Of a DNA stretch of 51,361 nt, positions 27,016 through 37,045 are shown one piece after another (the first letter of the stretch is position 1; every line of letters begins with the position of its first letter). Under the pieces are notes generated by a model. It was given only the letters and a program-made list of their open reading frames with translations, made no database searches and was not told the DNA's origin. The stretch is from the NCBI GenBank assembly GCA_029255845.1, contig JAJVLF010000014.1:1-51361 (forward strand). The letters run 5' to 3'. A program made the translations under genes and the position numbers. This stretch comes from Campylobacterota bacterium. GTDB taxonomy: Bacteria > Campylobacterota > Campylobacteria > Campylobacterales > JAJVLF01.

Positions 27016-28622
27016 CTTTTCCCGCTCATTTTAATAAACTCATAAATAATCTCATTAGGCTTTTCTAAATGCGAAGTAAATTCAGGATGAAATTGCACCC
27101 CTACAAACCATTTATGGTTATTAAGCTCTATTGCATCTATCAGACCATTAGATAATCCGCTAACAATTAGCCCTTTATCTTCTAAAGCTTCTCGATATTT
27201 AGGATTGACCTCATATCTATGTCTATGTCTTTCTTTAATCGTGCTTGCATTATTATATGCTTTATAAATCAAGCTATCTTTTTTTAAATCACAAATATAC
27301 TCTCCAAGCCTCATTGTTCCACCCATTGGGCTTGTGTGTGTTCTTATTTGATGTTCTCCTTGAGAGTTTATGAATTTATCTATTAAATAAATAAAATCCT
27401 CTTTGCTGTCTTTCTCAAACTCTGTAGAATTAGCTTCTTTAACTCCTAAAACATTTCTTGCAAACTCTATGATAGCTAACTGCATACCTAAACAAATTCC
27501 TAGAAATGGGATATTATTTTCTCTAGCATACTTAATCGCCTCTATTTTTCCATCCATCCCTCTTAAGCCAAATCCACCAGCTACTAAAATACCGCTACAT
27601 TGCTTTAGCTGATTAATATCTATTTTCTCATCGCTATCTATAAATTCTATATCTATCTTCGTATCAAGATGAGCTCCGCAATGGACAATAGCTTCGGTTA
27701 AAGATTTATACGCTTCTTTTAAGCTCATATATTTTCCTACAAATGCTATCTTGATATTTTTCTTAGGAGAGATGATTTTATCCACCAAACTATACCATTT
27801 ATCCATATTTGAATTACTATTAGTTATTTGTAATTTTTTAGAAATAGGATGTAAAATATTTTGCTCTAAAAAACTAAGGGGAACTTGATATATCGTAGGT
27901 GCATCAGAAGCTTCAATAATGGCCTCCTTGTTTATCCCACAACTCTTTGATAGCTTATCTTTAATAGAATCAGGTATTTTATATTCACTTCTACAAATAA
28001 GCATATCTGGATATATTCCTGTTTTTCTTAGTTCAGCTATAGAGTGCTGGGTTGGTTTCGTCTTAAACTCTTTAGCAGATTTTATAAAAGGTATAAGAGT
28101 TACATGTATGCTCATAGTTTGATGCTCTCCAAGTTCTTGCTTTATCCCCCTTATAGCTTCTAAAAAAGGCATTCCCTCTATATCTCCGATAGTCCCGCCA
28201 AGCTCCACTATTAAAATAGAGTCATCATCACAAGCATTTAAAATACGAGACTTAATCTCATCCACTATATGAGGAATAACCTGAATAGTCTGCCCTAAAT
28301 AATCCCCTCTTCTCTCTTTATTAATAACAGATTGATAAATAGAACCCGTAGTAAAATTACTCTTTCGAGGCAAATTAATATCCAAAAACCTCTCATAATT
28401 CCCCAAATCCAAATCTGTCTCACCACCATCATAAGTAACAAAAACCTCCCCATGCTCAGTAGGAGACATAGTTCCTGGATCTACATTAATATATGGGTCA
28501 ATTTTCAGCATATTTACTTTATTATTCGCATGTTTTAATAATGAAGCAATACTAGCAGAAGTAATCCCCTTACCTAGACCGCTTAAGATACCGCCACTAA
28601 CAAATATAATTTTTTTATCCAA
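27012..28622 (-). CDS. pyrG: CTP synthase
   Basis: IFVSGGILSGLGKGITSASI N-terminus and a C-terminal glutamine amidotransferase (GICLGMQ, HRHRYEVN). TTG start. Confidence 0.97.
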   Translation of the reverse strand: MDKKIIFVSGGILSGLGKGITSASIASLLKHANNKVNMLKIDPYINVDPGTMSPTEHGEVFVTYDGGETDLDLGNYERFLDINLPRKSNFTTGSIYQSVINKERRGDYLGQTIQVIPHIVDEIKSRILNACDDDSILIVELGGTIGDIEGMPFLEAIRGIKQELGEHQTMSIHVTLIPFIKSAKEFKTKPTQHSIAELRKTGIYPDMLICRSEYKIPDSIKDKLSKSCGINKEAIIEASDAPTIYQVPLSFLEQNILHPISKKLQITNSNSNMDKWYSLVDKIISPKKNIKIAFVGKYMSLKEAYKSLTEAIVHCGAHLDTKIDIEFIDSDEKIDINQLKQCSGILVAGGFGLRGMDGKIEAIKYARENNIPFLGICLGMQLAIIEFARNVLGVKEANSTEFEKDSKEDFIYLIDKFINSQGEHQIRTHTSPMGGTMRLGEYICDLKKDSLIYKAYNNASTIKERHRHRYEVNPKYREALEDKGLIVSGLSNGLIDAIELNNHKWFVGVQFHPEFTSHLEKPNEIIYEFIKMSGKS

Positions 28623-28778
28623 ATATAAAACCTTTAGTAATTTTATTGGTATTATATGATTATTTTCTTGATATTATAATACTATGTAATAAAGCATAAG
28701 GTTAATAATTCGATATTTTTATTTAATTTTAGAAAAGTTTGATAAAATGCTACTAGTTTTTAAAAATGGAGCATATGC

Positions 28779-28997
28779 ATGGCAGTGCCAATAAATTTAC
28801 ATCCACAATATATCACTAATGATAATGGCGAAAAAGTATCAGTCATTTTATCAATGAAAGAATTTACAAGCATTTTAGAAGATGTTGAAGATTTAACTAT
28901 AGTCGCTGAAAGAAAACATAAAAAAACCTCATCGCATACATCTTTTATTGAAGAACTATCGGAAAATCTATATCACGAAAACAATAAAAGGAATTAA
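28779..28997 (+). CDS. Phd/YefM/RelB-like antitoxin-type protein (72 aa)
   Basis: YITNDNGEKVSVILSMKEFTSILEDVEDLTIVAERK matches the common antitoxin N-terminal pattern (x-G-x-x-x-aVvLs-x-eEYe-x-l-x-E-x-x-ED). RBS GGAG lies 8 nt upstream. Confidence 0.6.
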   Translation: MAVPINLHPQYITNDNGEKVSVILSMKEFTSILEDVEDLTIVAERKHKKTSSHTSFIEELSENLYHENNKRN

Positions 28998-28999
28998 TT

Positions 29000-29671
29000 T
29001 TGAGTGAAATTGAAATCTTAGAAAAAAACTTAGACATAAAAATAAATAATGAAGATTATATATTAGATGAAAATAATAAAATTACAAACCTTATATTAAA
29101 TTATAAAAACATTACCAATATAAATGCCATCTTGAAATTGACTAATCTAAAAAACCTTTATTTAGACCAAAATAAAATTCAAGATATAAAAGGAATATCC
29201 AAATTAAGGAATTTAAAACTTCTTTATTTGAGCCATAATCAAATAACAGATATAAGTGAAATATATAAATTAAAGAATTTAGAAAATCTTGATTTAAGTC
29301 ATAATCAAATAACAGATATAAATAAAATATCAAAATGCACCAAACTAATAAGTCTTTATTTAAGTCATAATAAAATTGTAGATATAAATGCAATATCTAA
29401 ATTAACTAAATTAACAAGTCTTTATTTAAGTCATAATAAAATTAAAAACATAAATGCAATATCTAAATTAACTAAATTAATAAATCTTTATTTAGATAAT
29501 AATAAAATTACAGATATTCCATTGGAAATTCTAAAACATTTTAGTTTTTCATTAGCAGATAAGTCATATGATATAGGGTTTTATATTAAAAGTAATCCTC
29601 TAATATGCCCATCTTTGGAGATATTAGAACAAGGTAAGGAAGCTATAAAGACTTGGTTTGAAAATAAATGA
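29000..29671 (+). CDS. Cytoplasmic leucine-rich-repeat protein (223 aa, about six to seven 22-residue LRRs plus C-terminal cap)
   Basis: Repeats of L-x-x-L-Y-L-S-H-N-x-I-x-D-I-x-x-I-S-K-L-x-x. No signal peptide. TTG start 3 nt after the antitoxin-like stop, with RBS AAGGA inside the upstream gene. C-terminal NPLICPSLEILEQGKEAIKTWF cap motif. Confidence 0.85.
   Translation: MSEIEILEKNLDIKINNEDYILDENNKITNLILNYKNITNINAILKLTNLKNLYLDQNKIQDIKGISKLRNLKLLYLSHNQITDISEIYKLKNLENLDLSHNQITDINKISKCTKLISLYLSHNKIVDINAISKLTKLTSLYLSHNKIKNINAISKLTKLINLYLDNNKITDIPLEILKHFSFSLADKSYDIGFYIKSNPLICPSLEILEQGKEAIKTWFENK
29346..29477 (+). repeat. Two near-identical 66-bp tandem units (29346-29411, 29412-29477) inside the LRR gene, with a third, diverged unit following
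   Basis: Units differ at only about 6 positions (TAATAAG/TAACAAG and GTAGATAT/AAAAACAT), counted by eye. Confidence 0.8.
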
Positions 29672-29681
29672 GAGAATGCTT

Positions 29682-30410
29682 TTAAGAGTTTTTTTCTTGA
29701 TAAAAAATAAACTTCATTCCATATAAAAATATACTCCATGATATATATATCCATAATAAAACAAAAAATATGAAAGAAAGAGAACCATATAAGGTTTCGT
29801 ATATTTCATTGTATTCAAAATAGTATGCAAATAGCATTTTTAATATAAATAGGATTATCGTTACTGCTATGCTTCCTTGCGCTATGTGTAGGATTTCTGT
29901 GTTTTTTATTGAGGCTGTGTATACTATAAAGATACAAAAAAACATTATAAAAAAAATATGTAGATTTATATTTAATAAAAATGTGACTATTATGAATAGG
30001 ACTATATTTAATGGAATGAAAAATACTAATTTAAAGTAAAGCCATATTGTTTCTTTTTTAGAAAAAGTGCAATTTCCTATTCTTGATATTACTATTTTGT
30101 AATCTTTTAGAAATAAATATGAAGATAATAATATATAGGATATTGTTACTATATTTAGAGTGTCATTCATATCGAAAAACTTTGCTACGGCTTCTACTAT
30201 CTCTCCTGAGTAGTTTTCTGGAAAAAATAAAACTATAATGTATGAGAGCTGATTTAAGTTTTCTCTAAATATATCAATACTGTGAAAAATGTAGAATATT
30301 AATAAAAGTATTGGTATTAAAGAAAATATACTTAAAAAGCTTAAAGAGCTTGCATAAAAATCAATATTTTTATCGTATACTTTCTTGAATAATTTTATTA
30401 TATTAGGCAT
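29682..30410 (-). CDS. Polytopic membrane protein, YihY/BrkB-like
   Basis: N-terminal FYASSLSFLSIFSLIPILLL is typical of YihY family proteins. About six hydrophobic segments. Confidence 0.5.
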   Translation of the reverse strand: MPNIIKLFKKVYDKNIDFYASSLSFLSIFSLIPILLLIFYIFHSIDIFRENLNQLSYIIVLFFPENYSGEIVEAVAKFFDMNDTLNIVTISYILLSSYLFLKDYKIVISRIGNCTFSKKETIWLYFKLVFFIPLNIVLFIIVTFLLNINLHIFFIMFFCIFIVYTASIKNTEILHIAQGSIAVTIILFILKMLFAYYFEYNEIYETLYGSLSFIFFVLLWIYISWSIFLYGMKFIFYQEKNS

Positions 30411-30413
30411 ATA

Positions 30414-31115
30414 TTAAAAAAATAAACTCGCTATTTTTTCATTAGTTGCTTTATGAGCAACAGAAAGAAGATCATTTCTATCTCTTATATTTTCTTGGAT
30501 AATGTCTAATTCTTTTTGAGTCATTGTAACCTTATCATTGGGCACAACAAAAACTTCTTCTTTTTGAATGAAGTCATTTAAAACATCTATTTTCTCTTGT
30601 ATTTTCTCTTTGCTTCTATTTAAAGTATGAATTGCTTTATCTATTTGATTAAGATTTTCTAATTGTGTATTTTCTTTTTTTTCATTTGAGCCTATATCTA
30701 TCTGCTTAGAGCCTATATTATGGCTTGAAGCTAAAGCAATGTGCTTATTGTTGAAATTAGAATTTTTTATTCTTTCTTCAACTTCTTGAGTAATTTCACT
30801 AGTTCTATTTAGAATATTAGCTCTATCTTCATGAGTTGTTTCTAAAGAGCTAAAAGCAGCACTCAAGTTATGCAATTTTGCAATACCATCATCTATATTT
30901 CTTATACTAATTTTTGATAATTCCAAAAACCCTTTACTATTATTAGCATCAATTATTGCCTTATTATTGACCGAAACATTTATGCTAACATTATCCACAA
31001 TTTCTAAAGTTGAGAACTTATCGGTAGTCTCATCTTTTTTCTCTTCTGGATTTTTTTGTCTTATGCTATTTAAGACATTTTGTCCTATTAAGCTTGACTG
31101 TATATTATTTTCCAT
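30414..31115 (-). CDS. Hypothetical coiled-coil-rich protein (233 aa)
   Basis: Good ORF with RBS (AAGGGG). No family recognised. Confidence 0.55.
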   Translation of the reverse strand: MENNIQSSLIGQNVLNSIRQKNPEEKKDETTDKFSTLEIVDNVSINVSVNNKAIIDANNSKGFLELSKISIRNIDDGIAKLHNLSAAFSSLETTHEDRANILNRTSEITQEVEERIKNSNFNNKHIALASSHNIGSKQIDIGSNEKKENTQLENLNQIDKAIHTLNRSKEKIQEKIDVLNDFIQKEEVFVVPNDKVTMTQKELDIIQENIRDRNDLLSVAHKATNEKIASLFF

Positions 31116-31249
31116 TTTTTACCCCTTATTTTTGTAAAATATCAAACTAAGATACAATTAATAAATCGTTAATTTTATTTTATACTTAAATAAAAAAAGT
31201 TATTTTGATATAATATCCCATTAAAAAATAATTAGGAGATGATAAACTT

Positions 31250-31663
31250 ATGGAAAAAACACTTTCTATCATAAAACCAGATGCTGTTGCAAAAAATGTA
31301 ATAGGCAAGATAATAGATAGATTTGAGAGCAATGGTTTGAGAATTTGTGCTATGAAAAAAATACAGCTTACTCAAGAAAATGCTGAAAATTTTTACGATA
31401 TTCACAGAGAGAGACCTTTCTTTGGAGAGCTAGTAAGCTTTATGACAAGTGGTCCTGTAGTAGTTATGGCGATTGAAGGTGAAAATGCTGTTTTAAAAAA
31501 TAGAGATTTAATGGGTGCTACTAATCCAAAAGAAGCTGAAGCGGGGACTATTAGAGCTGACTTTGCAGATAGTATAGATGCTAATGCGGTTCATGGAAGT
31601 GATAGCTTAGAAAATGCTAAAACGGAAATAGGTATCTTTTTTACTGATAGCGAATTATTATAA
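31250..31663 (+). CDS. ndk: Nucleoside diphosphate kinase
   Basis: [10 protein letters not shown] and NAVHGSDS active-site motifs. RBS AGGAG. Confidence 0.97.
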   Translation: MEKTLSIIKPDAVAKNVIGKIIDRFESNGLRICAMKKIQLTQENAENFYDIHRERPFFGELVSFMTSGPVVVMAIEGENAVLKNRDLMGATNPKEAEAGTIRADFADSIDANAVHGSDSLENAKTEIGIFFTDSELL

Positions 31664-31670
31664 GAGTAAA

Positions 31671-32030
31671 GTGTTTTTTGATTTTGTATCTCTTAGAAAA
31701 CAAGAGATAGATAAAGAGATAAATGGCATTCATATAAATGCCGTTTTAATTAAAAAGTCATCTTTGGTAGATTTTAAAGCTACGATTAAAGGTGATATTG
31801 CTTTAACTTGTGATAGGTGCTTGAGTGATTGCGAGATAAATAAAACATTGCAATGTGATTTTAAAATTTCTAATCGCTCTTGTGAAGATGATGAAGTGAT
31901 GTATGAATTTACAGATAATAAGATTGATATTGATTTTATTATAGAAAGTGAAATAAATGCTATTAAAAGTGATTATTTTATTTGCGAAAAATGTAATGAT
32001 GATGATGAATTTGAATTTAATTTAATATAA
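31671..32030 (+). CDS. DUF177 (YceD-like) protein
   Basis: Two CxxC pairs (CDRCLSDC, CEKCND). Conserved position immediately upstream of rpmF. GTG start. Confidence 0.75.
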   Translation: MFFDFVSLRKQEIDKEINGIHINAVLIKKSSLVDFKATIKGDIALTCDRCLSDCEINKTLQCDFKISNRSCEDDEVMYEFTDNKIDIDFIIESEINAIKSDYFICEKCNDDDEFEFNLI

Positions 32031-32042
32031 AAAGGATGAAAA

Positions 32043-32186
32043 ATGGCTGTTCCAAAGAGAAGACACTCCAAATCAAGAGCTGCAAAAAGAAGAACTCACT
32101 ATACATTAAAATTAGTGAGACCCGTTAGAGATGAAAATGGAGACTGGAAAGTTCCTCATTTAGCTGGGAAAAAAGAAAAAGAATAA
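32043..32186 (+). CDS. rpmF: 50S ribosomal protein L32 (47 aa; not in the ORF track)
   Basis: Hand translation gives [47 protein letters not shown]. The MAVPKRR.S..R...RR.H signature and the DUF177-rpmF-plsX-fabH synteny support the call. Confidence 0.95.
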   Translation: MAVPKRRHSKSRAAKRRTHYTLKLVRPVRDENGDWKVPHLAGKKEKE

Positions 32187-32188
32187 TT

Positions 32189-33190
32189 TTGATAAAACTA
32201 GCAATAGATGTAATGGGTGGGGATGATGGTGTATCTCCACTTATTGAAGGTTTTATTAAAGCTTACAAAGAAAGAAGTAATGACTTTGAGCCTATTTTTG
32301 TAGGAGATGAAACTCTTATAAAAAAAGAACTACCCAAAGAATATCACAAATTTCAAATACTACATACTGATAAATTTATCTCAATGAGCGATACTGCGAC
32401 TAGTGCATTAAAAGAAAAAGATAGCTCTATTTATAAAGCTATGGAATTACATAGAAATAAAGAAGCAAATGCTGTTATTTCTGCTGGTCATAGCGGTGCT
32501 ACGATGAGTTTGGCTACTTTGCGAATAGGTAGAATTAAAGGAGTTAAAAGACCTGCTTTATCATCTTTGTTTCCTACTACCAAAGAAGGGAAAATTACAT
32601 TAGTGCTTGATTTAGGGGCTAATGTGGATTCTAAGAGTGATTTTCTTTATCAATCTGCTTTTTTTGGTAAAGAATATATGAGCAATGTTTTAGGTATCAA
32701 AGATACTAAAGTGGGGCTTTTAAGTAATGGAGAAGAAGAATCCAAAGGTAATGAATTAACCAAAGAAACATTTAAGCTATTAAAAGAAGAAGATTTTTTT
32801 ATAGGTAATGTAGAGGGTAATGATATTTATAATGGCTCTGTTGATGTTGTGGTTTGTGATGGTTTTACTGGTAATTTGGTTTTAAAGGCTTCAGAGGGTG
32901 CTGCTACTGCTATTAAGACGATTTTAAAAGATTCTATTTATGAAGAAGGCATTTTTGCAAAGATTGGGGCTTTATTAATGAAGGGTGCATTATCTAAGCT
33001 TAAAAAGAAAATAGACTATGCAGAAAGAGGAGGAGCTCCTTTGCTTGGGATTAATGGATGTGTAATCATCTCTCATGGTAAGAGCAATTCTAAGGCTATT
33101 AAAAATGCTATCTTTCAAGCAATAGATTTTGCTAATTCTAATACTAATGAGAATATTTTTAAAAGCATAAATGAAAGTGCAAAAAAATGA
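32189..33190 (+). CDS. plsX: Phosphate acyltransferase
   Basis: IAIDVMGGD N-terminus and the GFTGN motif. TTG start. Confidence 0.95.
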   Translation: MIKLAIDVMGGDDGVSPLIEGFIKAYKERSNDFEPIFVGDETLIKKELPKEYHKFQILHTDKFISMSDTATSALKEKDSSIYKAMELHRNKEANAVISAGHSGATMSLATLRIGRIKGVKRPALSSLFPTTKEGKITLVLDLGANVDSKSDFLYQSAFFGKEYMSNVLGIKDTKVGLLSNGEEESKGNELTKETFKLLKEEDFFIGNVEGNDIYNGSVDVVVCDGFTGNLVLKASEGAATAIKTILKDSIYEEGIFAKIGALLMKGALSKLKKKIDYAERGGAPLLGINGCVIISHGKSNSKAIKNAIFQAIDFANSNTNENIFKSINESAKK

Positions 33191-34137
33191 TATTCGCTTC
33201 ATTTCGCTCTATAGGTGCTTATTATCCTGAAAATATTCTTTCTAATTTTGATTTAGAAAAAATGGTAGAAACAAATGATGAATGGATAGTAAAAAGAACG
33301 GGCATTAAAGAAAGAAGAATTGCAAATGAAGACGAAGACACAAGTGATTTAGGATATAAGGCTTCGCTTAAAGCGATAGAGAGAGCTAATATAGATATTA
33401 AAGATATAGATGCTGTAATATGTGCTACTTTATCTCCTGATTATCTTGCTATGCCTTCAACTGCTGTTATTATCGCTGATAAGCTTGGGATTTCTAATGT
33501 GATGGCTTTTGATATATCTGCTGCTTGTAGTGGTTTTGTGTATTTGCTTAATATTGCTAAATCAATGATTGAATCAGGTGCTAAGAAAAATATTTTAATA
33601 ATTGGTGCTGAGAAAATTAGTAAAATTATGGATTATAAAGATAGAAGCACTTGCATAATCTTTGGTGATGGGGCAGGAGCTAGTATCATATCTGCTACCA
33701 CAGATAAATCAAAATCTATTTTAGATGTAAGCTCATTTGCTAGTGGTGGGCATGATGAGTTATTAAATACTCCATTAGATACTCAAAAGATGCATATGGA
33801 AGGTGGGGAAATATTTAAACTAGCCGTTAGAAGCTTATCTAATGATGCGAAAGCAATACTAGAGCGAAATAATAAAACAAAAGAAGATTTAGATTTATTT
33901 ATACCACATCAAGCAAATAAAAGAATAATAGACAAAGTAGGCAAATACATAGGCTTAAAGCCTGAGCAAGTCGCACTTAGCATAGCAAAATACGGCAACA
34001 CATCGGCAGCCTCGATACCTATGGCGGTAAATGATATGTATGAATCTGAAAAACTAAAAAATGGGGATTTAATACTTTTAAATGCCTTTGGTGGCGGACT
34101 TACTTGGGGTAGTGGGCTATTATATTTTAACGGATAA
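33187..34137 (+). CDS. fabH: 3-oxoacyl-ACP synthase III
   Basis: NDEWIVKRTGIKERR, active-site AACSGF, HQAN and GGG(L)TWG motifs. Confidence 0.95.
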   Translation: MIFASFRSIGAYYPENILSNFDLEKMVETNDEWIVKRTGIKERRIANEDEDTSDLGYKASLKAIERANIDIKDIDAVICATLSPDYLAMPSTAVIIADKLGISNVMAFDISAACSGFVYLLNIAKSMIESGAKKNILIIGAEKISKIMDYKDRSTCIIFGDGAGASIISATTDKSKSILDVSSFASGGHDELLNTPLDTQKMHMEGGEIFKLAVRSLSNDAKAILERNNKTKEDLDLFIPHQANKRIIDKVGKYIGLKPEQVALSIAKYGNTSAASIPMAVNDMYESEKLKNGDLILLNAFGGGLTWGSGLLYFNG

Positions 34138-34140
34138 TAT

Positions 34141-34773
34141 ATGTTTACTGGATTAATACAAGAATGTGGGGAAGTTAAATCTTTTAACAATAATATACTC
34201 TCTATAAAAGCTAAACATATTCCTAAAATAGGAGACTCAATAGCTATAAATGGAGCTTGTCTAACTGTAATCACATTACAAGCAGATGGCTTTGATGTGG
34301 AGCTTTCAAAAGAAACTAGAGATTTATTAGCTTTAGAAAACTACAAAGATGAAGTCCATATAGAACCAGCTATGCAATTATCTTCAAGATTAGACGGTCA
34401 TATAGTGCAAGGACATATCGATACTATAGGAGAAGTTATTAAAATAGAAGAAAAAGAAAATATGTTTGATTTTTATATAAAATGCCCTAAAGAATTTATG
34501 CTTTATATTAGCAAAAAAGGAAGCATTGCTATTGATGGGGTTAGCTTAACAGTTAATGACATTTTTGAAGATTCTTTTAGACTTAGTATCATCCCTCATA
34601 CTCTAAGAGATACATTGCTAGGGACTTATCAAATAACAAGAAAAGTAAATATAGAAACAGACTTTTTAGCAAAGCAAATAGTGCATACAATAAATAAAAT
34701 GGATATTTTAAATAAAGACAAAGAAAACAAAACATCTTGGAGTGACATAGATAAAATAAATTTATCTTATTAA
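34141..34773 (+). CDS. ribE: Riboflavin synthase alpha chain
   Basis: MFTGLIQE.G start and two lumazine-binding repeats (GDSIAINGACLTV / GSIAIDGVSLTV). Confidence 0.93.
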   Translation: MFTGLIQECGEVKSFNNNILSIKAKHIPKIGDSIAINGACLTVITLQADGFDVELSKETRDLLALENYKDEVHIEPAMQLSSRLDGHIVQGHIDTIGEVIKIEEKENMFDFYIKCPKEFMLYISKKGSIAIDGVSLTVNDIFEDSFRLSIIPHTLRDTLLGTYQITRKVNIETDFLAKQIVHTINKMDILNKDKENKTSWSDIDKINLSY

Positions 34774-34775
34774 TT

Positions 34776-34976
34776 ATGAATGCAAATACATATGAGCAAA
34801 TAGCAATGAAAGCAAAAGAATTTAATTCACATCTAATATCTAATCCTTCTTTTTTAGAGCATATAATCACAAAAAAAATGGATATTGATAATTTTGATTT
34901 AATTAAAAAAGTAATAAATTCAGTTGAAGAAATAGAAGAAAATAATAAATTAAGTGAATTAGAAGAATTTCAATAA
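34776..34976 (+). CDS. Small acidic hypothetical protein (66 aa)
   Basis: Tightly packed between ribE and the helicase gene. No family recognised. Confidence 0.4.
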   Translation: MNANTYEQIAMKAKEFNSHLISNPSFLEHIITKKMDIDNFDLIKKVINSVEEIEENNKLSELEEFQ

Positions 34977-34982
34977 ACTTTA

Positions 34983-37013
34983 ATGAAAAATAACTTAAAC
35001 AAAGAACAACAAAAAGCAGTAGAGCATATCGATGGTCCTTTACTTATTTTAGCGGGAGCAGGGACAGGAAAAACGGCTACCATTACTCATAGATTAGCTT
35101 ATTTGGTTAATCTAGGAATTGACCCTAGCAGTATTTTAACTCTCACTTTTACAAATAAATCAGCAAAAGAGATGAGAGATAGATCATTCTCTTTACTTGA
35201 TGGAAGCTTGACTAGCTCTCCATTGCTTTGCACTTTCCATAAATTTGGATTATTGTTTTTACAGCTTTATATCCATAAACTTGATAGACAAAATAATTTT
35301 GTAATTATAGATAAATCAGATAGAACTAAAATATTAAAAAATATAGATAACTCACTTCCTCCATCTTATGTCAGCTCTTGTATTTCTGAGTTTAAAAATT
35401 CTGGGTTTTTATCTAATGGAGAAAATACCCTAAGTCATATTAAGGATTATGAAAAAATAATCAGTATTTATAAAAAATATGAAAAATTATTAATTGATGA
35501 TAATTTATTGGATTTTGATGATTTGATATTGCTTCCATTTATTATAATGAATAAATTTCAAGATGTAAGAAACGAAATAAGCTCTAAATATGCCTATGTG
35601 ATGGTAGATGAATTTCAAGATACGAATGATTTACAGCTTAATCTAATAAAACAAATTTGCTCTAATCATAATAATATATGTGTGGTAGGAGATGATGACC
35701 AAAGCATTTATAGCTGGAGAGGTGCGAATATAAAAAATATTTTAGATTTTGATAAGCATTTTAAAGAAACTAAAAAAATAATCCTAAATCAAAATTATAG
35801 ATCTAGTATAGAAATATTAGATTTTGCTAATGACATCATAGCTTCTAATTCAAATAGATACCCAAAGCATTTAAAAAGCAATATAGGAAATAAAGAAAAA
35901 GTAGATATTATTTATTCTAATAATGAGCATGAAGAGGGGATGAAGATAGCTAGTATTATAAATAAACTAAGAAAAGATGGCTCTAGTATGTCTAATATGG
36001 CGATACTTTTTAGAGTTCATGCAATCTCAAGGTCGATTGAGGAATATCTAAATAAATTTAATATACCTTATAAAATAATAGGTGGTATTAAATTTTATGA
36101 GCGAGCAGAAATTAAAGACATTATAGCTTATTTTAGAGTGATAGAATTACAAGATGATTTTTCATTAAAAAGAATTATTAATGTTCCTAAAAGAGGAATA
36201 GGCAAAAGAAGTGTAGAAAAAATGGAAATAGCTTCTAAAAAAAAGAATATGAAGATATTTGACTTCATCGTATCATCAAGTGATAGCGAACTTGATGAAG
36301 TGATAGGAGCAAGAAATAGAAAAAGTGCAAAAGAATTTGCAGAAAATATTCACTTTTTACAAGACATAGCAAAAAGCAAAATAAAGAGCCTCTCTTATGA
36401 GCTAGAAAGCTCTTTTTCAATCCGAGACTATTATGAATCAATGCAAGACTCATATAATAGATTAGCAAACATAGACGAATTTTACTCATATTTTTCAGAA
36501 TACATAGAGGGAGATAATCACTCTTTGCCTAGCTTTTTAAATGACATAGCCCTACAGGGAGAACAAGACAATATAGAAGATGAATATTTATACCTTATGA
36601 GCATTCATGCAAGTAAAGGCTTAGAATTTGAAAATGTAATGGTGGTAGGCTTAGAAAATGGAGTATTTCCCATCATAGCTGAGGATGTAGACATAGAAGA
36701 AGAGCGAAGACTAGCCTATGTAGCAAGCACAAGAGCAAAACATAAACTAACATTCTTCTCATCTCAAAGCCGACTATACAAAGGAAGAGGCACAATCCTT
36801 AGTCCTAGCTTATTCTTAACTAAAGGCGAAGAAATGCCATTTATATCAAAAAAAACAAATAATGATTTTAAAATTGGTGATGTAGCTAAACATAAAGTTT
36901 TTGGTTTTGGAAAAGTGATAGAAATTAAAAATGAAAACAACAAAGAAAAAATTCTAATTAATTTCGGAGGAAATAAAAGAGAGCTTCTTTCTGCTTATGT
37001 AGATAAAGTTTAA
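34983..37013 (+). CDS. UvrD/Rep/PcrA-family ATP-dependent DNA helicase
   Basis: AGAGTGKT Walker A, VDEFQDTN, VVGDDDQSIYSWRGA, MSIHASKGLEF and YVASTRAK motifs. Confidence 0.93.
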   Translation: MKNNLNKEQQKAVEHIDGPLLILAGAGTGKTATITHRLAYLVNLGIDPSSILTLTFTNKSAKEMRDRSFSLLDGSLTSSPLLCTFHKFGLLFLQLYIHKLDRQNNFVIIDKSDRTKILKNIDNSLPPSYVSSCISEFKNSGFLSNGENTLSHIKDYEKIISIYKKYEKLLIDDNLLDFDDLILLPFIIMNKFQDVRNEISSKYAYVMVDEFQDTNDLQLNLIKQICSNHNNICVVGDDDQSIYSWRGANIKNILDFDKHFKETKKIILNQNYRSSIEILDFANDIIASNSNRYPKHLKSNIGNKEKVDIIYSNNEHEEGMKIASIINKLRKDGSSMSNMAILFRVHAISRSIEEYLNKFNIPYKIIGGIKFYERAEIKDIIAYFRVIELQDDFSLKRIINVPKRGIGKRSVEKMEIASKKKNMKIFDFIVSSSDSELDEVIGARNRKSAKEFAENIHFLQDIAKSKIKSLSYELESSFSIRDYYESMQDSYNRLANIDEFYSYFSEYIEGDNHSLPSFLNDIALQGEQDNIEDEYLYLMSIHASKGLEFENVMVVGLENGVFPIIAEDVDIEEERRLAYVASTRAKHKLTFFSSQSRLYKGRGTILSPSLFLTKGEEMPFISKKTNNDFKIGDVAKHKVFGFGKVIEIKNENNKEKILINFGGNKRELLSAYVDKV

Positions 37014-37045
37014 AAATTGTGATAATGGTAGATTATCACAATTTT
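37013..37045. terminator. Perfect 14-bp stem / 5-nt loop bidirectional terminator (AAAATTGTGATAAT ggtag ATTATCACAATTTT)
   Basis: Lies between the convergent helicase and PMM genes. It touches both stop codons, and the A4/T4 stem ends supply U-tracts in both directions. Confidence 0.65.

Noticed and set aside
31165-31188. Sigma28-like TAAG-N16-CGAT on the - strand upstream of the 233-aa coiled-coil gene, hinting at a flagellar class 3 gene.
   Set aside because: The -35 is TAAG rather than TAAA, the spacing is off by one, and the product has no recognisable flagellar family. This is too weak to report as a feature.
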